From Capillimicrobium sp. (GTDB taxonomy: Bacteria; Actinomycetota; Thermoleophilia; Solirubrobacterales; Solirubrobacteraceae), in the NCBI GenBank assembly GCA_035761245.1, contig DASTRJ010000028.1, positions 8,200-72,199 on the forward strand: 64,000 nt of DNA. Direction: 5' to 3'. The translations under genes were made by a program, and so were the position numbers. A model generated the notes under the pieces. The model was not told the origin of the DNA, did not search any database, and worked only from the letters and a program-made list of their open reading frames with translations. This document shows, piece by piece, positions 17,765 to 26,334 of this stretch (position 1 is the first letter of the stretch; the number at the start of each line of letters is the position of its first letter).

Positions 17765-17836
17765 TGGGCGCGGCTGGGTTCGAACCAGCGACCTCTCGCG
17801 TGTGAAGCGAGCGCTCTCCCACTGAGCTACGCGCCC
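17765..17836 (-). tRNA. tRNA-Val(CAC), CCA not encoded
   Basis: Reverse complement folds as a cloverleaf: GGGCGCG acceptor, TAGCTCAGTGG, ctcgc-ttCACac-gcgag anticodon arm, GGTTCGAACCC. Confidence 0.97.
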
Positions 17837-17862
17837 CAGTGGAGGCATGGATCCTAGCGTCC

Positions 17863-18600
17863 CTACGCCGTCCGTCGCCGCAGCGTGAGCGCCCCGAGCG
17901 CGAGTGCCGCGAGCGTGGCGCCGACGACCACGAGCGCGTCGAGCGTCACCGTCGCGTCGAGCGGAGCGGCGGACGTCGCCTCGGCCAGCGCGCGGTACGC
18001 GTACGTGAGCGGCAGCGCCCACGAGATCGCCTCCAGCAGCGGCGCCATCGCGTCGCGGGCGACGAACAGGCCGCAGAGCAGGAGCTGCGGCAACACGAGC
18101 GCGGGGAAGAACTGCACCGCCTGGAACTCCGTGCGCGCGAACGCGCTGGTGAACAGCCCGAGCGACATGCCGAGCACCGCGTTCGCCACCGCGAGCACCG
18201 CGACCAGCACGGCGCCGTGGGGCGCGTCGAGGTCGAGCGCCGCGAAGCCGACGAGGCACACGACCACGGCCTGCACCGCCGCCAGCGCGCCGAACGCCAG
18301 CGCGTATCCCGCCAGGAGGTCGAGCTTGCCCACCGGCAGCGTCATGAGCCGCTCCAGCGTCCCCGTCGTGCGCTCGCGGAGCATCGTGATCGACGTGACG
18401 ATGAACATCACGATGAACGGGAACAGCCCGCACAGCGGCGCGCCGATCTGCTGGAAGACCTCCGGCTGGCCGTCGAACACGAAGCGCAGCAGCACGAGCA
18501 GCAGCGACGGCACGCCGACCAGCAGCGCGATCGTCCGCGGGTCGTGGCGGATCTGGCGCAGGACCCGCTCCGCCGTCGCCACGGTCACCCGCGCGCTCAC
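17863..18600 (-). CDS. ABC-2 type exporter permease
   Basis: RERTTGTLERLM motif and about 6 TM segments. Confidence 0.9.
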   Translation of the reverse strand: MSARVTVATAERVLRQIRHDPRTIALLVGVPSLLLVLLRFVFDGQPEVFQQIGAPLCGLFPFIVMFIVTSITMLRERTTGTLERLMTLPVGKLDLLAGYALAFGALAAVQAVVVCLVGFAALDLDAPHGAVLVAVLAVANAVLGMSLGLFTSAFARTEFQAVQFFPALVLPQLLLCGLFVARDAMAPLLEAISWALPLTYAYRALAEATSAAPLDATVTLDALVVVGATLAALALGALTLRRRTA

Positions 18601-19331
18601 GCCGCCGCCTCCCGCTCCTCGATGACCGCGAGGAACGCGCGCCCGAGATCCTGCTCGCCGGTCCGCGCCCGCAGCTCATCGGGCGTGGTGTGCTCGAGCA
18701 GCGCGCCGTCGCGCATGAGCAGCAGCGCGTCGCACTCGCTCGCCTCGTCCATCACGTGGCTGGAGACCAGCAGCGTGGCGCCGCGCTCCGCGAGCCCGTG
18801 GAACGTCGCCCACAGCTCGGCGCGCAGCACGGGATCGAGCCCGACCGTCGGCTCGTCGAGCACCAGCAGCTCCGGCTCGTGCAGCAGCGCGCACGCCAGC
18901 GACACCCGCGCGCGCTGGCCGCCCGACAGCGACGCGACGCCCTGCCCCTCGCGCCCCGCCAGCCCGACCGTCCGCACCACCTCGTCGACGCGCGCCCGGT
19001 CGACGCCGACGATGCGCGCGAAGTAGCGGAGGTTCTCGCCGACGGTGAGGTCCCCGTACACCGACGGCGCCTGCGTGACGTAGCCGACGCGCCGGCGCAG
19101 CGCCGCCGAGCCCGCCGGCAGGCCGAGCACCGTGACGCGGCCGCCGGCGACGATCTGCACGCCGACGATCGCCCGCATCAGCGTCGTCTTGCCGCAGCCG
19201 CTCGGCCCGAGCAGGCCGGTCACGGAGCCTGCTGGAACGCTCAGCGACACGTCGTCGAGCACGACGCGGCCGCCGCGCACGACGTGCAGGTGCTCGATCC
19301 CGATGGCGGCGTCCACGACCCGCCCGAGCAT
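18597..19331 (-). CDS. ABC transporter ATP-binding protein
   Basis: GPSGCGKT, LSGGQ, LDEPT and SSH motifs. Confidence 0.92.
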   Translation of the reverse strand: MLGRVVDAAIGIEHLHVVRGGRVVLDDVSLSVPAGSVTGLLGPSGCGKTTLMRAIVGVQIVAGGRVTVLGLPAGSAALRRRVGYVTQAPSVYGDLTVGENLRYFARIVGVDRARVDEVVRTVGLAGREGQGVASLSGGQRARVSLACALLHEPELLVLDEPTVGLDPVLRAELWATFHGLAERGATLLVSSHVMDEASECDALLLMRDGALLEHTTPDELRARTGEQDLGRAFLAVIEEREAAA

Positions 19332-19385
19332 CTCGTCCCGGCGAACCACGGTCAACCGGCGGCCACTCGGGGAACAGTCCCGAGC

Positions 19386-21494
19386 ATGACCGTGACCTCG
19401 GATCCCGCGGCCGCCCTCGCCGAGCGGCTGCCCGAACCGCTGCGCCCGCTCGCCGACCTCGCCGGCGACCTGCGCTGGTCGTGGATGGGCGGGGAGGAGC
19501 TCTTCGCCTCGATCGACGCCGACCGCTGGCAGCGCTGCCGGGGCAACCCGGTGCGCCTGCTGCAGGAGACGTCGCCGGGCCGACTCGCCGAGCTCGCGGC
19601 CGACGACGCCTTCCGCGAGCGGATGGACGCGGTGCTCCGCGCGGTGGAGGCCGACCGCGCCCGTCCGCGCGACGAGCGCCCCGGCACGATCGCGTTCCTC
19701 TGCGCCGAGTACGCGGTGCACCGCTGCCTGCCGATCTACTCCGGCGGGCTCGGCGCGCTCGGGGGCGACATCCTCAAGCAGGCCTCCGACCAGGCGCTGC
19801 GGATGGTCGCGGTCGGCCTCCTCTACCGCCAGGGCTACTTCCACCAGCGGGTCGACGTCCACGGCTGGCAGCAGGAGACCTGGGTCGACGCCGACCCCGA
19901 GCGGCTCCCGCTCACCCTCGTGCGCGACGGCGCCGGCGAGCCGGTCGTCGTGCGCGTGCCGATCGCCGGCGACGACGTCGCGGTCCAGATCTGGCGGGCC
20001 GACGTGGGGAGCGTGCCGCTGCTGCTGCTCGACACCGACCGCCCCGAGAACGACGAGGTCGCCCGCTTCATCACCGCGCGGCTGTACGTCGGCGACCCGT
20101 GGCTGCGGCTCGCGCAGTACCTCGTGCTCGGCATCGGCGGGCTGCGCGCGCTCGAGGCGCTCCGCATCGAGCCGGACGTCGTCCACCTCAACGAGGGCCA
20201 CGCCGCGTTCGCCGCGCTCGAGCTCGCCGCGCGCGAATGCCGCCGCGGCGCCGGCGCCGACGACGCGCTCGCGGCCGCGCGCGAGCGGACCGTCTTCACC
20301 ACCCACACGCCGGTCCCCGCGGGCAACGACACGTACGCGCCCGAGCAGGTCATCGCCGCCGTCGGGCGCCTCGCCGACGAGGCGGGGCTCGGCGCCGAGC
20401 GGCTCGTCGACCTCGGCCGGACGCACCCCGGCGACGCCGGCGAGCCGTTCGGCGTCACGCAGTTCGCGCTGCGCACGAGCCGCGCCGCCAACGGCGTCAG
20501 CGCGCGCCACGGCGAGGTCGCCCGGTCGATGTGGCGCGACCTGTGGCCGGGGCGCGACGAGCCGAGCGTCCCGATCGGGGCGGTCACCAACGGCGTGCAC
20601 CTGCCGACCTGGATCGCCGGGCCGATGCGCGCGCTGCTCGACCGCCACCTCGGCGACGGCTGGCTGCACCGCGCCGCCGATCCCGAGACGTGGGCGCCGC
20701 TGGCCGACGTGCCGGCGGCCGAGCTCTGGGCGGTGCGCCAGGAGCAGCGGGCACGGCTGATCGAGCACGCCCGGCGGCGCAGCCAGCGCGAGCGGCTCGC
20801 GCGCGGCGACACGCTCGACTACGCGCGGGCGGCGGCCCAGCTCGACCCGACCGCGCTCACGTTCGGCTTCGCCCGCCGGGTGGCGACCTACAAGCGCATC
20901 TGGCTGCTGATCGGCGAGCTCGAGGCCAACCTCGGGCTGCTGAACGGCGACCGCCCGATCCAGCTGCTCATCTCCGGCAAGGCGCATCCGCGCGACGACG
21001 AAGCCAAGCGCACGCTGCAGGCGCTCTTCCGCGTCCGCGGGGCCGAAGGCGTCTCGCGGCGGGTGTCGTTCCTCGAGGACTACGACCTCGAGACGGCGTC
21101 GCGGCTGGTGGCCGGCTGCGACGTCTGGATCAACCTGCCGCGCCCGCCGCTGGAGGCCAGCGGCACCAGCGGGATGAAGTCCGCCGTCAACGGCGGGCTC
21201 CAGCTCAGCGTGCTCGACGGCTGGTGGGCGGAGGGCTACGACGGCGACAACGGGTGGGCGCTGCCCGGCGACGTCTGGGAGGACGCCGGCGCGCAGGACG
21301 CGCGCGACACCGCCGAGCTGCACCGGCTCGTCGTGCAGGAGGTCATCCCGCTCTTCCACGACCGCGGCGACGACGGCGTCCCGCACGGGTGGGTGGAGCG
21401 CATCCGCCGCTCGATGATGACCATCGGGCCGCGCTTCAGCGCCCAGCGGATGGTCGACGACTACGTGCGCGACATCTACCCGCTCGGCGGCTGA
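19386..21494 (+). CDS. glgP: Alpha-glucan (glycogen/maltodextrin) phosphorylase
   Basis: YSGGLG, HLNEGH, ARRVATYKR and EASGTSGMK (PLP lysine) motifs. Confidence 0.93.
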   Translation: MTVTSDPAAALAERLPEPLRPLADLAGDLRWSWMGGEELFASIDADRWQRCRGNPVRLLQETSPGRLAELAADDAFRERMDAVLRAVEADRARPRDERPGTIAFLCAEYAVHRCLPIYSGGLGALGGDILKQASDQALRMVAVGLLYRQGYFHQRVDVHGWQQETWVDADPERLPLTLVRDGAGEPVVVRVPIAGDDVAVQIWRADVGSVPLLLLDTDRPENDEVARFITARLYVGDPWLRLAQYLVLGIGGLRALEALRIEPDVVHLNEGHAAFAALELAARECRRGAGADDALAAARERTVFTTHTPVPAGNDTYAPEQVIAAVGRLADEAGLGAERLVDLGRTHPGDAGEPFGVTQFALRTSRAANGVSARHGEVARSMWRDLWPGRDEPSVPIGAVTNGVHLPTWIAGPMRALLDRHLGDGWLHRAADPETWAPLADVPAAELWAVRQEQRARLIEHARRRSQRERLARGDTLDYARAAAQLDPTALTFGFARRVATYKRIWLLIGELEANLGLLNGDRPIQLLISGKAHPRDDEAKRTLQALFRVRGAEGVSRRVSFLEDYDLETASRLVAGCDVWINLPRPPLEASGTSGMKSAVNGGLQLSVLDGWWAEGYDGDNGWALPGDVWEDAGAQDARDTAELHRLVVQEVIPLFHDRGDDGVPHGWVERIRRSMMTIGPRFSAQRMVDDYVRDIYPLGG

Positions 21495-22336
21495 GCGGGC
21501 TCCGGCACGGCCTGCGGCGGCGTCCAGCCGGGGCCGTGCCACAGGTGCCCGAACCGCACGCGCCACGTCGGCGCGGCGCGGACGTCGCGCCACAGCGCGA
21601 CGTACTCGTGGAAGGCGACGCGGAGCGGGTGGTGCGTCTCGAGGTTCTTCGTCAGGCCGTAGCGGACGCGCTCGCCCTCCGGGATGTACGTCCCGAACAG
21701 CCGGTCCCACACGATGAGGATGCCGCCGTAGTTGCGGTCGAGGTAGTCGTGGTTGGAGCCGTGGTGGACGCGGTGGTGGCTCGGCGTGTTGAAGACCGCC
21801 TCGACCCAGCGCGGCAGCCGCCGCACCTTCTCGGTGTGCAGGCCGAACTGGTAGATGAGCGACCAGCTCTGCGCCAGCAGCACCATCCACGGCTCGAAGC
21901 CGAGCAGCGGCAGCGGCAGCCAGAACGGCAGGTAGGTCATCGGCACCCACGTCTGGCGCAGCGCCGTCGAGAGGTTGTAGTGCTGCGAGCTGTGGTGCAC
22001 GACGTGGCTGGCCCAGAAGAAGCGGCTCTCGTGCGACACGCGGTGGAACCAGTAGTAGGCGAGGTCGTCGGCGAAGAAGAGCAGCACCCACGCCCACCAG
22101 GCGTCCGCCGGGATCCGCAGCGGCGTCAGCTCGTAGAGCGCCGCGTAGATCGCCACAACCGCGAGCTTCCAGACGACGTTGATCGCGACGTTGCCGAGGC
22201 CCATCGTCAGCGACGTGCGGGTGTCGCGGAGGTCGTAGCCGACGAGGTCGTCGTCGTGGTCGTGGCGGTAGGAGAGGAACTCCACGACGAGGAGCAGGAT
22301 GAAGAACGGGATCGCGTAGTAGAGGACCTCGGCCAT
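21476..22336 (-). CDS. Sterol desaturase/fatty acid hydroxylase family (alkylglycerol monooxygenase-like)
   Basis: His boxes HRVSH, HVVHH and HHRVHH; NYGG..WDRLFGT. Confidence 0.9.
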   Translation of the reverse strand: MAEVLYYAIPFFILLLVVEFLSYRHDHDDDLVGYDLRDTRTSLTMGLGNVAINVVWKLAVVAIYAALYELTPLRIPADAWWAWVLLFFADDLAYYWFHRVSHESRFFWASHVVHHSSQHYNLSTALRQTWVPMTYLPFWLPLPLLGFEPWMVLLAQSWSLIYQFGLHTEKVRRLPRWVEAVFNTPSHHRVHHGSNHDYLDRNYGGILIVWDRLFGTYIPEGERVRYGLTKNLETHHPLRVAFHEYVALWRDVRAAPTWRVRFGHLWHGPGWTPPQAVPEPAQPPSG

Positions 22337-23034
22337 CAGCTCACCGCCGCCTCGAGCGTCCGCCGCAGCAGGTCGTGGGCCGTCCGCCGCGCGCGGTCCA
22401 CGTCGCCGTCGGCCACCGCGTTGGCGAGGTGCCGGCCGGCCACGGGGTCGTCGACCTCGGCGGCGTAGACCCTGAGGTCGACGTCGCGCGCGTGGCGCAC
22501 GCCGACGAGCGAGTTGAACGCGAGGCGGTACGCGAGGTTCTCGCTGCCGTCGACGATCCGCGCCCACAGCGCCTCGTAGGCCTCGAAGCGATCCTGGTAG
22601 CGCCGGTGCTCGGCGGGGTCGCGCAGCGCGGCGCCGAGCCGGCGCAGCTCGTCGCGCAGCGCCTCGCCCGCGCGCTCGGCGCACAGCCGCGCCGCGTCGA
22701 TGCCGATCGTCGCGCGCATCTCGGCGATCGCGCGCCGCAGCTCGCCGCCGTCCTCGATCTGCGCGAGGTCGTCGAGCAGGTCGAGCCCGCCGGTCAGCCG
22801 CCAGTCGAGCACGCGCGTGGCGCCGCCCTGCGAGACTTGCACGAGCCCGGACTGCTGCAGGCGCTTGATCGCCTCGCGCACCGCGTGGCGGTTGACGCGG
22901 TGCTTCGCGCTCAGCTCGCGCTCGGACGGCAGCGCGCTGCCCGGCGGCAGGTCGCCGCGCAGGATCGCGCGCCGCAGCCGGTCGTGGACGGCGTCCGAGG
23001 CCAGGCGGGGTGGGTTGTCGCTTGCCGAAGCCAC
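22336..23034 (-). CDS. GntR/FadR family transcriptional regulator
   Basis: LPSEREL...VNRHAVREAIKRL HTH. Confidence 0.9.
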   Translation of the reverse strand: MASASDNPPRLASDAVHDRLRRAILRGDLPPGSALPSERELSAKHRVNRHAVREAIKRLQQSGLVQVSQGGATRVLDWRLTGGLDLLDDLAQIEDGGELRRAIAEMRATIGIDAARLCAERAGEALRDELRRLGAALRDPAEHRRYQDRFEAYEALWARIVDGSENLAYRLAFNSLVGVRHARDVDLRVYAAEVDDPVAGRHLANAVADGDVDRARRTAHDLLRRTLEAAVS

Positions 23035-23047
23035 TGGTTGGACCAGT
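23033..23047. promoter_or_regulatory. FadR-type operator
   Basis: ACTGGT-TGG-ACCAGT palindrome overlapping the regulator start codon. Confidence 0.7.
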
Positions 23048-23070
23048 CGCGGAAGCTACCATGGTCCATG

Positions 23071-23340
23071 GACCGTGCTAGGCGGGGCAGTAGCGGCGTC
23101 CTGAACTCGCAATCCGCTCTAGCGAGGCTGAACTCCCTCTCGAGGGGCGAGGCCTTCGGGTGGCGCGCCGACGGCGGCGTCGATGGCCCGGGTCCCGCGC
23201 GATGTCGGCCCGTGAACCAGGTCAGGTCCGGAAGGAAGCAGCCTTAAGCGGTCACCGGCAGGCGCAGCGGGAGCTCCCGGACCGGAGTCGTCGAAGGCGA
23301 GAGCGCCCGGAGACCGGACCTCGACGGAGGGTGCACGGTC
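23071..23340 (+). ncRNA. ffs: Signal recognition particle RNA, large (Alu domain-containing) form
   Basis: GTCAGGTCCGGAAGGAAGCAGC helix 8; 5' part resembles the Bacillus scRNA Alu domain; ends gaccgtgc/gcacggtc pair; TACCAT -10 at 23057. Confidence 0.93.
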
Positions 23341-23356
23341 CGCCTTCGCGGCCGCG

Positions 23357-23635
23357 TCAGGCGGTCGCGCCGGCGTTCGCCTCGACCGGGGCGAACAGCA
23401 CCACGTGCCGGCGCGACACCGCCAGGTACGCGTGCTGCCACGAGGCGGAGCCGCCGTCGAGCGGCTCGACGACCACGTCGGTCAGCGAGACGAAGTCGCC
23501 CTTCGTCGCGTCGTTGAAGTGGTCCGAGACGCGGCTGCGGTACCCCTCGGCGGGCAGGGTCAGGGTGCCCTCGATGCGGTGGCGCGTGGTCTCGACGACG
23601 ACCCGTTCGTGACGATGGCTCATCGGCGTGCTCAT
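23357..23635 (-). CDS. Small hypothetical beta-rich protein
   Basis: ETTRHRIEGTLTLP..YRSRVSDHFN; host-like codon usage. Confidence 0.7.
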   Translation of the reverse strand: MSTPMSHRHERVVVETTRHRIEGTLTLPAEGYRSRVSDHFNDATKGDFVSLTDVVVEPLDGGSASWQHAYLAVSRRHVVLFAPVEANAGATA

Positions 23636-23697
23636 CGACCGGCGGCGTGGCGGCCATGAGCCCGCATGCGTGGCCCTGGACGGTCTATGGTCGGGGC

Positions 23698-23892
23698 GTG
23701 AGCTTCACCGCCCCCGAGCGCGCCCGCGTCGACGGCCCCTCGCATCCCGGCGAGGAGATCTGCCACATCGTCACCGAGGACGACCCCGACACCGCGCTCT
23801 GCGGCAAGGACGTCACCGGCTGGCCGTGGAACCCGCCGTGGCCGCTGTGCGTCGTCTGCGCCGATCTCGCGCAGGTGCGCGGGCTCGTCTAG
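23698..23892 (+). CDS. Small putative zinc-binding protein, leaderless
   Basis: H...ALCG...CVVC; TATGGT -10 element 6 nt before GTG. Confidence 0.65.
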   Translation: MSFTAPERARVDGPSHPGEEICHIVTEDDPDTALCGKDVTGWPWNPPWPLCVVCADLAQVRGLV

Positions 23893-25379
23893 TCGACGGC
23901 CGGCCGCCGGCGGATCAGCGCGACCGCGACGATCGCGCCCGCGGCCACCACGGCCAGCGAGAGCGCCATCGTCGTGCTCAGCGCCGACAGGAAGCCGTCG
24001 CGGACGGCGTCGTGGAGCCGGTCGCGATCGTCGCGCGAGAAGCGCCGCAGCGCGTCGAGCGCCGACGGCGCCCCGGCCAGCAGCCCGTCGAGCGACTGCG
24101 CCACCGAGCTCGAGATCCTCACGCCGTGCTCGCGCGCCTGGTCGACCGTGCGGTCGACCTGCAGCGCCTCGAACAGCGCGCCTGACGCGGCCACGCCGAA
24201 CGTCGCCCCGAGGCCGCCGACGGTCGTGAGGATCGCGCCGACCGCCGCGTGGCGGCGCTGCGGCACGGCGCCGAGCGCCGCGAGGTTGAGCGGCGTGAGG
24301 ACGGCCCCGATCCCCAGCCCGAGCAGCGCGAGGGGCAGCCACAGGTCGGCGTACCGCGTGCCGGCGTCGACGCCGGTGAGCAGCAGCATCGCCAGCGCCG
24401 ACAGGGCGAGGCCGGCGAGCACCGGCGGCAGCGGGCCGACGCGGTCGTGCAGGCGGCCGCCGAGCGGCATCGCGAGCACCATGCCGGCGCTCGACGGGAG
24501 CAGCAGCAGGCCGGTCGCGAACGGGTCGTAGCCGAGCAGCTCCTGCAGGTAGAGCGGCAGGAAGAAGAGCACGGCGCCGAGCGCGAAGTCGACGGCGAAG
24601 AGCGCGGTCGCGGCGCCGCTGAGGTTGCGTCGCGCGAACATCGCCAGGTCGATGAGCGGTGTGCGCACGCGCCGCTCGGCGGCCACGAAGGCGACGAGCA
24701 GCGCCGCGGCCGCGGCGAGCGTGGCGATCGTCTGCGGCGAGCCCCAGGACCACTCGGCGGGCGTCTCGTTCAGCGCGATCGTGACGCCGCCGAGCGCGCC
24801 GAACGAGCACAGCAGCCCCAGCACGTCGAAGCGGGCGCTGTCGGCGCCCGGGTCGATCCGGCTCTCCTGTGCGCCGCGCGTGCCGAGCAGGATCGCCGCG
24901 CCGATGGCGACGTCGAGCCAGAGGATCCAGCGCCAGTCGAGCTCGCCGGTGAGCACGCCGCCGATCGCCGGGCCGATCCCCGAGAACAGCGCGGTCGCGG
25001 CGCCCCACACGCCGACCGCCATGCCGCGCCGGTCGCCGCGGAACGCGTCGGTGACGATCGCCAGCGACGCCGGGGTCAGGACCGCCGCGCCGACGCCCGT
25101 CAGCAGCATCGCCGCGATGAGCAGGACCGCCGAGTCGGCGAGCGCGCCGGCGACCGAGGCCGCCATGAAGAGGACGGTCCCGGCCACGAGGACGCGGACG
25201 CGCCCGAGGAGGTCGGCGAGCCGGCCGGCGGCGATCAGCAGCGACGAGTACGTCAGGAGGTAGCCGGTGACCGTCCACTGGAGCATCGTGGTCGACGCGT
25301 CGAGCTCGCGGTGCAGGGTCGGCAGCGCGAGCACGATCGCGGCGTTCGGCACCGACGTGATGCCGCTCGCCAGCCCCAT
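23889..25379 (-). CDS. MFS transporter, DHA2 (14 TM) family; start may be up to about 60 nt upstream
   Basis: GRLADLLGR, GPAIGG and WRWI motifs. Confidence 0.9.
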   Translation of the reverse strand: MGLASGITSVPNAAIVLALPTLHRELDASTTMLQWTVTGYLLTYSSLLIAAGRLADLLGRVRVLVAGTVLFMAASVAGALADSAVLLIAAMLLTGVGAAVLTPASLAIVTDAFRGDRRGMAVGVWGAATALFSGIGPAIGGVLTGELDWRWILWLDVAIGAAILLGTRGAQESRIDPGADSARFDVLGLLCSFGALGGVTIALNETPAEWSWGSPQTIATLAAAAALLVAFVAAERRVRTPLIDLAMFARRNLSGAATALFAVDFALGAVLFFLPLYLQELLGYDPFATGLLLLPSSAGMVLAMPLGGRLHDRVGPLPPVLAGLALSALAMLLLTGVDAGTRYADLWLPLALLGLGIGAVLTPLNLAALGAVPQRRHAAVGAILTTVGGLGATFGVAASGALFEALQVDRTVDQAREHGVRISSSVAQSLDGLLAGAPSALDALRRFSRDDRDRLHDAVRDGFLSALSTTMALSLAVVAAGAIVAVALIRRRPAVD

Positions 25380-25435
25380 GGCGACGAGCAGCCGCCACGT
25401 GCCGGTGCCGCGGTCGGCGGCGGGGGCCGCGGCGC

Positions 25436-26290
25436 TCAGCGCAGCGCCGCGGCCGAGTCGTCGCCGGCCGACCCCTCGGCCGCCCGGTCGACGGCCGTCG
25501 TCACGTCGAGGATCGCCCTGGAGACCTGGGGCGGGTCGTCCCACATCGGCAGGTGGCCGCAGTCGTCGAGCGGGACGAACTCGGCGTTCGGCAGCAGGCG
25601 CTGCAGCCGCCCGTAGTGGCTGGGCCAGCGGATCAGCCAGTCGCGGCTGCCGTAGGCGATCCGCACCGGGACGTCGATCGGCCCGAGCTCGCTCCACGAG
25701 CCCTCCTGGCGGCCCATGGCGATCGCCTCGGCGACGATCGCGCAGCCCTTCGCCCCCTCCATCATGTCCATCGCGCAGCGCGACGGGACGCGCTCCGGGT
25801 GGGCGACGAGCTCGCGCAGCGCCAGCTTGCGCAGGCGCGGGCGCTTGGCGATCAGCTCCATGACCTTCGGCACGGCCAGGCGCATCGTGCGGTGCGTGCG
25901 CTCGAAGTAGCCGTAGACGTGGTCGGCCTCCTTGGAGCCGTGCTCCCAGCCGCCCGCGGGGCAGATGCCGACCACCGAGCGCGCCCGGCCGCGGGTGGCG
26001 AGCTCGAGCGCCAGCCAGCCGCCGTACGAGCTGCCGGCGATGTGCGCGGTCTCCCAGCCGGCGGCCTCCATCCGGCGCTCGATGAGGTCGACGGTGGCGT
26101 CGACCGACATCGCGACCTCGTCGGGCCAGGGCGTGCCGCCGTGGTGGCCGGGCAGCGTCGGCGCGAGCACCTCGTGGTGCTCCTCGAGGGCGCCCAGCAG
26201 GGGCGTCCACGCGCGCCAGGTGTCCGTGAAGCCGTGCAGCAGCAGCAGCGGGGTGCCGCTTCCTCCGTGATGCTCCGGTGCGACGCTCAT
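25436..26290 (-). CDS. Alpha/beta fold hydrolase
   Basis: LLHGF, GSSYGG nucleophile elbow and CGHLP motifs. Confidence 0.9.
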   Translation of the reverse strand: MSVAPEHHGGSGTPLLLLHGFTDTWRAWTPLLGALEEHHEVLAPTLPGHHGGTPWPDEVAMSVDATVDLIERRMEAAGWETAHIAGSSYGGWLALELATRGRARSVVGICPAGGWEHGSKEADHVYGYFERTHRTMRLAVPKVMELIAKRPRLRKLALRELVAHPERVPSRCAMDMMEGAKGCAIVAEAIAMGRQEGSWSELGPIDVPVRIAYGSRDWLIRWPSHYGRLQRLLPNAEFVPLDDCGHLPMWDDPPQVSRAILDVTTAVDRAAEGSAGDDSAAALR

Positions 26291-26334
26291 GGGCGGGAAC
26301 CGTACGTGACCGCGGACTAGACTGGGTCATCCCC

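Larger units (their letters stand above)
10462..17799. mobile_element. About 7.3-kb integrative element in tRNA-Val(CAC)
   Basis: 36-bp direct repeat at both ends, tyrosine integrase at one end, Rep_trans-like genes, more A/T-rich than the flanks. Confidence 0.9.

Noticed and set aside
10462-17799. Prophage or classical AICE
   Set aside because: No capsid, terminase, Zot-like ATPase or FtsK/TraB gene is recognisable.
18597-22097. 1166-aa fusion ORF ending in an ABC ATPase
   Set aside because: Only the last 244 aa are real; the rest is antisense to glgP.
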